DNA of 63,935 nt, counting the filler, from Salisapilia sapeloensis CBS 127946 (taxonomy: Eukaryota > Protista > Oomycota): NCBI GenBank assembly GCA_023334545.1. It is 11 parts of 11 records of this genome, joined end to end, with 100 filler letters (N's around TTAATTAATTAA, not from the genome) between each part and the next. Parts side by side here need not be neighbours in the genome. Positions count along the whole stretch, not along the records: positions 16,691 to 41,667 come from JAADVB010000256.1; positions 41,768 to 47,043 come from JAADVB010000628.1; 9 more parts are not named here. One strand, 5' to 3'. Below the pieces are notes generated by a model. That model did no database searches. It had not been told where the DNA came from and saw only the letters and a program-made list of their open reading frames with translations. Below are positions 32,819-43,241 of the stretch, one piece after another (position 1 is the first letter of the stretch; the number at the start of each line of letters is the position of its first letter). A program made the translations under genes and the position numbers.

Positions 32819-33840
32819 ATGTCCCCGACGTTCATCAAAGGCTTCTCGGAGCTCATCGACCGCTACGATGTCTTCCTTCTGGACCAATTCGGTGTCCTAC
32901 ACAACGGTACGCACGCGCTTCCTGGTGCAATCGAGTGCTTCAAAAAGCTTCAGGAGAACGGGAAGACGCTGATCATTTTGTCCAACACGTCGAAGCGAGC
33001 TGCTGGCATCCCGCCTGGCCTCGAGAGTCTCGGGTTCCCATCCAACGTGTTCGCTAGCGTCACAGGTATACGCCTTATATATATACACACGCTTCGTATC
33101 GATGAATCGAGGTACTAAAGCTACATCTAGGAGGCGAGACTGCGTGGGAGCACTTGACTTCCAAGGCGCAGACACTACGCAAGTGTGCTCTGATGACATC
33201 GGACGTTCAGAGCAGCGTCATTGACCGTGAGAAGAATCCCAAATCGCTCTTCCACGACTTGGCCATCCAACTCACGACACCTGACCAAGCGGACTGCCTC
33301 GTGGTGGAGGGCACGCAGCAGATTTGCTACAGCGACAACAAGGACGAGGTCATCTCTATTGACTTTAGGACGTCTGGCGAACCAGATGAGCACGTCCTCC
33401 GCTTTATGGAAGAAGGCATCAAGCACAAGCTTCCCCTCCTGTGCATCAATCCAGATCACGTGGCTATCATGGCAGACAACAAGGCTGTCCACATGCCAGG
33501 CAAGATCGCCGACCGGTATGCTGAGATGGGTGGAGAGGTCCTATTCTTCGGCAAACCCATGAAAGAACACTATCAAGAGTGCGTCGAGATCGCCAAGTAC
33601 AACGACAAGCGGGAGCGAGTGATCCACGTCGGCGATTCCTTACAGCATGACATCAAAGGTGCTAACAACGCTGACTTAGCAAGCGTCTTCATTGGTGGTG
33701 GTGTCCACGCACATGAAATCGACTTCCAGTATGAAAGTGAAGACAAGGAAGATGCCAGTATGAACCAGGACAAGGTCAATGAGCTATTCTCCAAGCACAA
33801 TGTCGAAGCGACGTATGCAATCGCTCGATTCCGATGGTAG
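32819..33840 (+). CDS. HAD-superfamily hydrolase, subfamily IIA, 2 exons (intron 33066-33130)
   Basis: FLLDQFGVLHNG (motif I), ILSNTSKR, LLCINPD, FGKP, HVGDSLQHDIKGA. Confidence 0.9.
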
Positions 33841-34093
33841 ATAAAGTACGATCTGAATAAATGAAGAAACAATTACGCTTATCAAATCTTGCTAAACGAC
33901 TATCTACCACCATCATACCTCTTGGCAGCCGTCTCGAGTGCGGTGTAGACAGCATCTAGTACGCTTACAACGTTTCAAGATTGCATGTCGAGTCGACGGC
34001 GGTAGCGTAATTCCAGAAAATTCGCACGACAGGTATACCACTGTCCTGATCAAGTGCTGCTGCTTTTATGCAATTGAAGTTGTGACATAATTT

Positions 34094-34108
34094 TCATTTG
34101 GAATTTTA
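34094..34108 (+). promoter_or_regulatory. Possible oomycete Inr/FPR core promoter upstream of Lon
   Basis: TCATTTGGAATTTTA about 70 nt before ATG 34167; partial match to the YCATTYYNCAWTTT consensus. Confidence 0.35.
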
Positions 34109-34166
34109 CGTCGAACTGCGCACACCACAGAGTTCAAGTGTCTATACGCTTGGAGAAGACTCGTTC

Positions 34167-36788
34167 ATGGCATTGCAAAATGTGTCGATCTTAACGTTGG
34201 AAGACCGAGTACTCTTCCCATCGACCTATACTCGTATCTCGGTGACGAAGACGAATGAACTACAGCTTTTAAAACACCTCTTGTCGAATTTCCAGGATAA
34301 AAATGTCCAGAATGCACGATGGAATGGACGTGCGAGTGGACATGGAGAGGATAAGAATGCATCATTGCAACTGGGTGTCTTTACAACCGTCCAGGCGAAG
34401 GAGAGTGAGAAGAAGGACATGTATCACGTCGGAACGTATGCTCGGATTGTCCAATTGACGAAACTCAAGGACAATACAGGTCTAGAAGTTGTCTTGCAAG
34501 GTCTCTATCGTGTCCGGATTGATAAAGTGGTTCACAATGAACCTTTTATCCTCGCGAATGTATCCAAATGCAGTCCGACCTCTTCGTCACCGTCCCGGAA
34601 AGCACTGGAAGAGCAAGCAACGCGGCTGAAAGCCTTGACACAAAAGTACTTTGAGTTCATGAAAGACTCTGCACTCATTAAGAAGGCTCAGACACTCTTC
34701 GATTCTATCCAAACAGAGTCCGTAGGAGACTTGGCAGATATTGTTACTGCCTACCTCAACGTCGCCGTTGACTCGAAGCTAAAAGTGCTCGGGAGTCTAG
34801 ACATTCCCTCTCGTGTCCAGCTCGCATCTAACCTTTTGCAGGAGGAAATCGATCGACTCAGTTTGCGCAAACGTATCAACAATGAAGTGCAGGGCAAACT
34901 GGATGAAAATCGCAAAGAGTTCCTCCTTCGACAGCAGTTAGAGGCGATTAAGAAGGAGCTAGGCGAGTCAGACCATGAGAACGGAGGTGATTCGAATAGT
35001 GAAAGTGTGGCAAAGAGCGAATTGAAACTCTTGGAAGAGCGGATCGATGCTCTGGACTTAAAGAATAACCCGCGAGCTGAGTCCACTGTCAAGCGAGAGC
35101 TCAAGCGATTGAAAGGCATGTCTCCGAACCAGCCAGAGCACGGTCTATTGACCAATTACCTCGAGTTCTTCGCTGACTTACCATGGAGTCATCAAACCAA
35201 GGACATTATGAACGTCCAGGAGGTGGCGGCGCAACTGGATAAGGACCACTACGGTCTAGACAAGGTCAAGAAGCGTATCAAGGAGTACATTGCCGTCCGG
35301 AGTCTCAAGAAAGACTTGAAAGGCCCTATCCTGTGCCTAGTCGGTCCTTCGGGTGTCGGTAAGACGTCACTTGCAAAGTCAATTGCGACTGCTACTGGGC
35401 GCGCTTTTGAGAAAGTGAGTCTTGGAGGTGTTCACGATGAGTCAGAGATTCGAGGACATCGAAAGACGTACATTGGTGCCATGCCTGGATCTATTCTAAG
35501 CGCTCTTCGTAGCGCCGGGAGCAAGAATCCAGTCGTGCTACTGGATGAAGTGGATAAGCTCGGTAAAGATGTTCGTGGTGATCCTGCAAGTGCACTTTTA
35601 GAAGTGCTGGATCCGAACCAGAACGACGCGTTTTCCGATCACTTTCTGAACGTTCCATTCGACTTGAGCAATGTCTTGTTCCTTGCAACAGCGAATAGTC
35701 TCGATACGATCCCTACACCTCTATTAGATCGTATGGAAGTGATTGATGTTAGTGGGTACTCGGTCGAGCAAAAGGTAGAGATCGGTGTCCAGTACCTCGT
35801 GCCTCGACAGCTCGATATGCATGGCGTGAAACCGACGAACTTGGTGATTGAAAGAGACGCACTTAAGTACATTGTCACGAACTATACGCGAGAAGCTGGT
35901 GTGCGCGAGCTCGAGCGTCAGATCGCAGCTGTGTGTCGATACGCTGCTGTCGGTATCGTCCGCATGCGTGAAGCAGAGGATGGAGATATATCGCAAGAGT
36001 GTATGACAGTGAAAAAGGAGAATGTACCGACTATCTTGGGTCCAGAGCTCGTCTTTAACGAGATTGCGCTCCGGTCATCAGCGCCTGGTGTTGCTACTGG
36101 CATGTCCTGGAGCTCCGTTGGAGGCTCCATCCTCTTCGTCGAAGCGTCTTGCACACGCATGTCGACAAACTTTTATACGCAAGACAGATCTAATACGAAT
36201 GGACCGAGACTGCAGCTAACAGGGAAGCTTGGAGACGTCATGAAAGAGTCTGCTCGACTCGCTTTGTCGTGGATCCGAACCAACGGCGACGCACTCAAAC
36301 TGTCGAATGAAAGTCGATTGCCATCTATCGACCAAATCTCCGATGTTCATGTCCACTTCCCAGAAGGAGCTGTTCCGAAGGATGGTCCGTCTGCCGGATG
36401 CGCCATCGTCTCGGCTGTGGTATCAGCCTTGGCAGGTGTCTCAGTACCGAACGACTTGGCCATGACGGGTGAGATCACTCTAAGAGGTGTCATCCTTCCT
36501 GTCGGTGGCATCCGAGAGAAGGTGCTTGCAGCTATTCGAGCTGGTATCAAGCGTGTGGTGCTTCCAAGTGGGAATCGGGCAGAAGCACAAGAGCTCAAGC
36601 GAGAGTTCACGGCTGTGACGATCGATAGTGAAGAAGAAGACGTGGATGATCGTGTTCGCATCCTCTTCGTAAGTGATTTAAAGGAGCTATTGGCACTTGT
36701 ATTTGGCATGCAAGTGAGTAGCACGAGTGCAGAGGAACGAAGTGGTCGATTGGGTAGCAAACGAGTGATGCTATTGAGCAGACTGTAG
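34167..36788 (+). CDS. LONP2: Peroxisomal Lon protease (LON N-domain, AAA+, Ser-Lys protease domain, C-terminal PTS1 SRL)
   Basis: LEDRVLFP, GPSGVGKT (Walker A), VLLDEVDK (Walker B), RGHRKTYIGAMPG, PKDGPSAG (catalytic Ser), GGIREKVLAA, ends ...LLSRL*. Confidence 0.95.
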   Translation: MALQNVSILTLEDRVLFPSTYTRISVTKTNELQLLKHLLSNFQDKNVQNARWNGRASGHGEDKNASLQLGVFTTVQAKESEKKDMYHVGTYARIVQLTKLKDNTGLEVVLQGLYRVRIDKVVHNEPFILANVSKCSPTSSSPSRKALEEQATRLKALTQKYFEFMKDSALIKKAQTLFDSIQTESVGDLADIVTAYLNVAVDSKLKVLGSLDIPSRVQLASNLLQEEIDRLSLRKRINNEVQGKLDENRKEFLLRQQLEAIKKELGESDHENGGDSNSESVAKSELKLLEERIDALDLKNNPRAESTVKRELKRLKGMSPNQPEHGLLTNYLEFFADLPWSHQTKDIMNVQEVAAQLDKDHYGLDKVKKRIKEYIAVRSLKKDLKGPILCLVGPSGVGKTSLAKSIATATGRAFEKVSLGGVHDESEIRGHRKTYIGAMPGSILSALRSAGSKNPVVLLDEVDKLGKDVRGDPASALLEVLDPNQNDAFSDHFLNVPFDLSNVLFLATANSLDTIPTPLLDRMEVIDVSGYSVEQKVEIGVQYLVPRQLDMHGVKPTNLVIERDALKYIVTNYTREAGVRELERQIAAVCRYAAVGIVRMREAEDGDISQECMTVKKENVPTILGPELVFNEIALRSSAPGVATGMSWSSVGGSILFVEASCTRMSTNFYTQDRSNTNGPRLQLTGKLGDVMKESARLALSWIRTNGDALKLSNESRLPSIDQISDVHVHFPEGAVPKDGPSAGCAIVSAVVSALAGVSVPNDLAMTGEITLRGVILPVGGIREKVLAAIRAGIKRVVLPSGNRAEAQELKREFTAVTIDSEEEDVDDRVRILFVSDLKELLALVFGMQVSSTSAEERSGRLGSKRVMLLSRL

Positions 36789-36849
36789 GATTCGAATTTA
36801 GACGAAAGAGCTTGTGCATAAAGCAATTGTTGATTTTTGCAGAAAGAAA

Positions 36850-38551
36850 TTACGAAGTAAGAGGCGTAAAGGCGTTCGAAACGTACGGATGGTACTCGGT
36901 CTGTGGGCCATTGGACGAGCTGTCATCGATACCAGCGAATTGAGACGGCTGCAAGTGTCCATATTTCTTCTCCAACACGCTACGAAGCTTCTTGTCTTTG
37001 CCTTTGTGAGGCTATGCATAGTAGAAAGATAAGTGCAAGTCGATAGTAAGAGATAGGTATACGTACGCGATAAAGAAGCACGACAAAGTTGACAGGAAGA
37101 CCGTAGCGGAGTACTGACTCGGCAAACATACGCACCATCTACAAACAGACATGAATAGGTGGATTGAGAGTGTCTGTACTATTACCGTACCTTGATGTGC
37201 ATCCAAGCGACGAAGACTTCGCCAAAGTGGGCTTTGCACCAGCGGATGAGGCCAGAATAGAGTCGATTCACTTCTTTCTGTAACCCAGCTGCCTTCTCTT
37301 CGTTGCTCGCATGCAGCTTCGGGTCAAAGGTAAAGTCTCTCGCGATGAATTTGTGTTCTTTCGCACGCGTCTTGAAATCTTCGACGTAGTCGATCATCGT
37401 TCCGTTCTCAAAGTCTCCGTTCGGAGTCACGTATCCTGGTTGATAAGATCCTTTAAGCAACGTGACAGAGTAGAGGCACGCATCGCCTTCTTCATAGAGT
37501 TTCTGCGTTGAATTAGGAACGACAGGAGAGCCTCGACCATGTCCGTACGTGGCAATCTCTTCTCCGATCGATGTGTAGGTCGACAACCATGTTTCTTCCA
37601 AGTTTCTACGTGATACTAATAAGGTCTTGGAGTCTAGTTGCGACTAGTTTCGTATACGCACTTGGGAACGACGACGACGAGTGTCTGCAAGTATTCTGTA
37701 TTGACAAAGTCGGATGAGGATGCGACGTCTGGAGTGAGGACTTCGTTTAAGTTGGCGACCATCAGATTCCCTCTAGTAGCTTATGAGTACTGTAAGGAGC
37801 AGTTGATGGAAGCTAGCGATCGTACCCTTTCTTGCGTTGGAATTGGCCTAGCTGTTGTGTCTTTTCAGAGTATCGCTGTCCGAGCTGCTTGAGCTCTTCC
37901 TCCACTTTACCAACAGACTATGCAAAGTCAATGAAATAAGAGCATAGGACAGGATAGTAGGTGTTTATACCTGTTGAATGGACGATACAATGTCTGGTAG
38001 TGGACGTCGGTGAGGATGCTTGGCTTCATCCCACGCGAAATGGTTCAGATAACGATCCACTGGCACTATAGTTGGAGCGTTAGAGTATGCTGTTGTATGT
38101 AGTGAAATTATGAGTGTACGCTACCTCCATCCACAGTAAGCTCTTCATCGCCTGTGCTCAAGTCGTGGAACTGTCTTTCAATCTTTCTCACAGCACTTTC
38201 AATCGCAAGATCCACACGATTGAGATCGTCGCTTAGCGCCTAGCATCAATTTAACGTCAAAAATAATTCTTATACTCCTATTGAATACAGTAAAGGCTGG
38301 TATAATGAAGGTACCATGAGTGACTCTAATGTACCAACAAGTAGATCTGGAAGCTCGATACGATAGCATTCTAATAGACGAATAGGATCAGATATCCATC
38401 ATAGCAACCTACTGCCACGTCTTGGCTGTATACAAGTGAATGAACCTGCGTAGTCGTGCTTGGTGGATGCTGTCTCCGTCTTCAGTTGGAGGAAGGTCGT
38501 TTCGGACGACCGACCTGCTTCGTTCGGCACAGAGACTAACCACACGCTCAT
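36850..38551 (-). CDS. ATP6V1C: V-type proton ATPase subunit C (multi-exon)
   Basis: MSVWLVSVP start; TRAKEHKFIARDFTF; LIRWCKAHFGEVFVAWMHIK|MVRMFAESVLRYGLP; final exon ...EYHPYVSNAFTPLTS* (stop 36850-36852). Confidence 0.92.
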
Positions 38552-38725
38552 CGCTCGGCCTTTGTCCTGTTCGTATGCGATTGGGATTCCTTGTGATGCG
38601 CATTTAGCTTCTTCAAGTACCATAAAATAAGCGTCTTTTATACTTTAATTTTAACTTGCATATATGACAGTATTTAATGGGTCGACACGTATTTAAACAC
38701 AAAGTCGGAACAGCAAGGGACGAAA

Positions 38726-39414
38726 ATGGACCGCAGGCATTCAGTCGCTGGTACGTCCAGCATAGGATTCACTTTCTTACATATTGCGCTCTACATAGAT
38801 TGCTAATATACGCTAGGAAATGTTGCGGTTATGTCGCGCTGTGATATTGTTTATTGCCACGTCTCTATTGTAAAAACGCAACCGAACTACTGATACTTGG
38901 GATATTTCCATACTATAAGACGAAAACCGTGGGCGACAAAAGCACCCACAAAGCAGAGATGACCGTAGAAGGTAGAATGACCTACCGTTATAGCGCTGTA
39001 CATGCATGACTAAGCTTTTGTCCTAGTCGCTCTCGATCGCCCCGCAAGACGTCTGAAAAGCGTTCTCGATCACGCTCGTCTTCTTCTCCCCGTGGGCGTC
39101 GTAGATCCTCGAACAGCAATAGTTCTAGACGCCGTAAATCTCGCAAACGATCTTCTAGCTCTTCGTTCGACAGTGACTCCGACTCGGACGAAGGCAAACA
39201 GAAGCGCAGTCGGAAGCATAAGAAAAAGCATAAGAGTAAAAAGCATAAGAAGGATAAAAAGAAACGTTCTGAAGCCGGCTCCGACTCGGACACTATGCGA
39301 AGTGCTATTTCTGGCAAAAAGATCAAGCGCAAGATCAAGCAGACAGATGCTGACATTGAAAACGAACGCAAGCGACGCGAGTTACTCAAGTTTTACAACG
39401 GAATGTACGATTAG
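38726..39414 (+). CDS. Small Arg/Ser- and Lys-rich nuclear protein with ordered C-terminal motif, 3 exons
   Basis: Spliced MDRRHSVA|DENRGRQ...DDRR|SRSRSPRK...KHKKKHKSKKHKKDKKK...RSAISGKKIKRKIKQTDADIENERKRRELLKFYNGMYD*. Confidence 0.7.
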
Positions 39415-39497
39415 ATGATCGTCCATGAGAAAATGAAAAGTTTTTTTACATTGGTCTTGTGATGCACAAAAAGAGGTTCGCTCGTCAACGATGTTGC

Positions 39498-40789
39498 TTA
39501 CTCGAGATCATTCAAGCCGTATGTGAGCTTCTTGCAGTCGATACGGCGTCCATCTAAAGGGCACTTTTCGAGCTTTAATACGCATTCGCTGCATACGACA
39601 CGATGGTGGCAAGGATCGATTTCGACACAAGCCAAGCGCTGGATGCACACAACGCACTTCTTGTCAGTATGTTGACTTTCTTTCGAAGAGACTCGAGTAA
39701 ATTTCATCGCGTGATTAACCGCAGTATCTTCTCGATCATTTAGTGTGCTATGGATCACATCGCAAGCTTCCATCAGCGTATCTTCCAAATCTTCAAGTTG
39801 ATTCGTAGAAATGTCATCAAGTTCCTCTTTTGATGGGATACTCATGAAATGGCGGCTAAGAGCAGTCGATGTATAATTAGTGAACTGATCCTTGCAAAAT
39901 TTAGCGTAGTTCTTACCGCGTAGCTTGGCTCTCCTTGTCGATGAGACACATTTCAAGGCGGCAGAGAGCCTCATTCAATTGCTGCTCTTGCTTTGCAATC
40001 GTTTCGTTGGCACGATCCAACTTTTTCTGTAAAGTGAAATTTCTTGCCCACTCCAGCTCACACTCATGTGATTTCGCCTGCAGACGCGTTGTCGACTCCA
40101 TGCTCTTTTGTAAAGCGGAAGAAAGACAACTAGTGTAAAATTTCGTAGCAATGGTGCGAACGCCATCCACTTCAGTCTACATATTATGGCCATATATCAG
40201 ACTTATGCGTTTAGTAGCTAATGGTAGTCAGCAATACCTTGCTCGAAAAGTTTGTTTGTGTATCCTGATTTTTCGTAAACGGCTTGATAGGCGTATAAAC
40301 CGGGACATTTTCTAAAGGTGACTCCGTTTGCGTGCATGATGTCTTCATACCCGCTTCCATGTTTTTGTAGCTGTATTCATCGCGATGGTAAAAAGTTGGT
40401 TGTTCGAGCGTAAAAGCTGAAATTGGACTAGACAGATTTCGATTATTAATCGAAATTGGAATAGAGGGCATTAGCATTGGTGATGTAGCAGCAGATTTCA
40501 CAATCTGCTCTTTGCACACGACAAAGTCGAGCTTGTTGTTGGTGTGGTTATCAAGCATTGCAGCAACATCCACATCGGCTAAAGTTTGGACACCTTGGTC
40601 GATTTCGTTCGAGTATGAAAACGAATCGGGAGATCGGTTTATCTTCTGAAGTTGTAAACGAGGGATTTCAGGTCTCGTGGCTGGCACAGTGTTCTCTTCG
40701 TCCAACAACTGGTTATCACTGCACTGTGATGAAACTGTCGAGTATTCTTCATCGCTGTCCACCATCATCCACTCTTCATCACTTGACAT
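39498..40789 (-). CDS. Coiled-coil protein with C-terminal RING finger (putative E3 ligase), about 3 exons
   Basis: CVVC-x11-CHHRVVCSEC-x6-CPLD. Donor GTAAGA at about 39915 splices in frame between ORFs 39913-40170 and 39498-39974. Confidence 0.8.
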
Positions 40790-41144
40790 AGTTTCTGTAT
40801 TGCCCTTGTTGAAGTGAGGTGTAGTGCCTGCCTTGGAACTTTTTAAATGAAGTGATTCCAGTCGTTCTATTAACGCTTTCGGTATATATTGCGATGCATC
40901 ATTTCTCCTTATTGCGGATAGGAACCCTACTCGAATTTCTAGTTAAGGGTCCGAATGAAGGTAAAGGAACATCTCGTATGTTGCATCAGCCTATACCAGT
41001 GACTCCATCGACTTTATTTTGAAACTATGAGCATCTATATTTCTGCAATGTCTATACCAGGGGCTTGAAAAATGCACGAGAGTATACCAAGCGCATCATA
41101 TCCACAGGGCTTTGTTTATCAACTGCAAATTATTGAATGTATAA

Positions 41145-41647
41145 ATGGCAGCGATTGGCGATGCAAAGTCATATCGCGACAGTTACTACCTGTACATGAA
41201 TATTTTTGAAATGTGCGATAGCACCTTGTGCATCCTCTTCTACCCGTCTAAGCCTTCTACTTTTATCTGCAAAGTACTGTCAGTTAAAAATGCTACTCTT
41301 ACGTATTGCGAGAAAGAAATTTACGATAAATACGGTACCATCGATAGCATCAACCTCTTACGTATCAAAATCCAAAACCCACACAATGAAGCTGAAGTCT
41401 ATTTACGCGTTTTTCAGCAGACGAATTTTGCAATGGCAAACTCTTCGAACGCTATAGCATGTCAAATGATGTTTCTTATAAAATAACACTCAAAATCACA
41501 TCAACAACAAAGTCACTTCGATTAATAGCAAAGTACTACATGTACTTCCAGCTCCTACCCTTCTCTTTTCATTGCTGGAGTGGCAACTCGGCGTACCGGA
41601 GCGTCGATTACGTGAACGACCAGCACTCGGACGATCATTCCGATTGA
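41145..41647 (+). CDS. Hypothetical protein, exon structure unresolved
   Basis: 113-aa ORF plus a GC-richer tail ending HSDDHSD*; no recognisable domain. Confidence 0.25.
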
Positions 41648-41667
41648 AATGGCTTCGTCTCATACTA

Positions 41668-41767
41668 NNNNNNNNNNNNNNNNNNNNNNNNNNNNNNNNN
41701 NNNNNNNNNNNTTAATTAATTAANNNNNNNNNNNNNNNNNNNNNNNNNNNNNNNNNNNNNNNNNNNN
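41668..41767. other. Artificial contig linker
   Basis: N-TTAATTAATTAA-N, 100 nt. Confidence 0.99.
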
Positions 41768-41908
41768 TCACGCGCTTGAACTTGTGCTTCTCCGTCTCCC
41801 AGCTCTCAAGGATGTCCTTGGCCAAGCCGGAGCCAGTGCGCTCAACGTGTTCCGACACGAGGCTCTTGACAGACTCCATTTCATCCGCCTTGCTCTCGTC
41901 CACCATCT
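41768..41908 (-). repeat. Inverted copy of 141 bp of glutamate synthase coding sequence (identical to 46903-47043)
   Basis: Reverse complement reads AGATGGTGGACGAGAGC...CACAAGTTCAAGCGCGTGA, identical to the right end of the contig. Confidence 0.97.
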
Positions 41909-42410
41909 CACCCACTTTTTCCAGTCATGCGCATGGATTCGTGTTCATTTTTGAGCTTGCGCTAATATGACTCTGATCCCCTATCTTTCATGTCAGTCGG
42001 TTTGCATCAGAGCTGGTAAATGGCCATTTAAGATACAAAGACCACCTCCGGAATACGTTGCATGCAGCAAGATTGCACCGTCTGTTTTGACGATTGCGCA
42101 ATTTCCTACACCAAGCACCACTGCACACGTCCGGAAAGCTACGTCCCGCGCTCACCTTTTTCTTACTAGATACCAACTTCACTACATTTTATAATCCATA
42201 GCTTCTATCGTCCATGCCTCCTACGCTTCATCTTCCTCTTCTAGACACAAACGATGCCTTCGCTTTACCACCTGTTGACTAAGTGATGTGCGATGTGTAT
42301 ACAGAGTTCAAGAGAACCGATCTCGTTTGAATCGCTCGGCAAAACCGCCTCAGTTTTAGTTTTACGCTCTCGGCCGCACATTAGCCAGAGGGCAGCAAGT
42401 AGAAACTACC

Positions 42411-43210
42411 ATGCTCCGCTTGCGTCGTGCCACATCCTTGCTAAAGTCCTCCACGGCGGCGCGCCAGCAGCGAGCCTTCCGAGAGATCCCTCATGGGAAA
42501 GACAAGCGGGCAGTGTTTGAAGAAAAGGGACTCTATCGGCAGGAACAAGATCGCGACTCGTGCGGCGTCGGCATGATTGCGCACCTCAAGAAACGCCCGT
42601 CGCGTGCTATCGTCACCCAAGCGAACGATATGCTCGTGCGTATGTCCCATCGAGGCGGCTGCGGCTGCGACCCTGCCTCCGGTGACGGCGCAGGACTGCT
42701 CGTCGCTTTGCCACACACGTTCCTTCGAGACGCTGTGGAGCGAGGCGAGTTCGGCGACAAGGCGCTGGATCACATGCAAAGATTAAAGGATGACGAGTAC
42801 GCTGTTGGCAATGTCTTTTTCAACAAGCAGCATCCAGAGCACATTCCTGCGATCAAAAAGATCTTTGAGAACAAGTGCGACGCCATCGGACTGGAACTGC
42901 TCGGGTGGCGAAAGGTGCCTACGAACGCAGCCAATCTCGGCGAGTCCAGTGTCAGCAGTGAACCTCACGTGGAGCAAGCCATGGTGCTCAACACTCGTCC
43001 AGACAGACTCTCGAGCGACAATTTCGAGAAGGAGTTGCTGCGATTGAGAGCACTCATCACGAGCGATGCCGAGCGACGCTTTTCGGACTTTTACATTTGC
43101 TCCCTGAGCAGCCGTACGATCACGTACAAGGGCCAGTTGACCCCAGAGCAGCTCTTTGAGTACTTTGAGGATCTCCAGACGCCAACGTTCGAGTCGTACG
43201 TCGCATTGGT

Positions 43211-43241
<31 letters not shown>

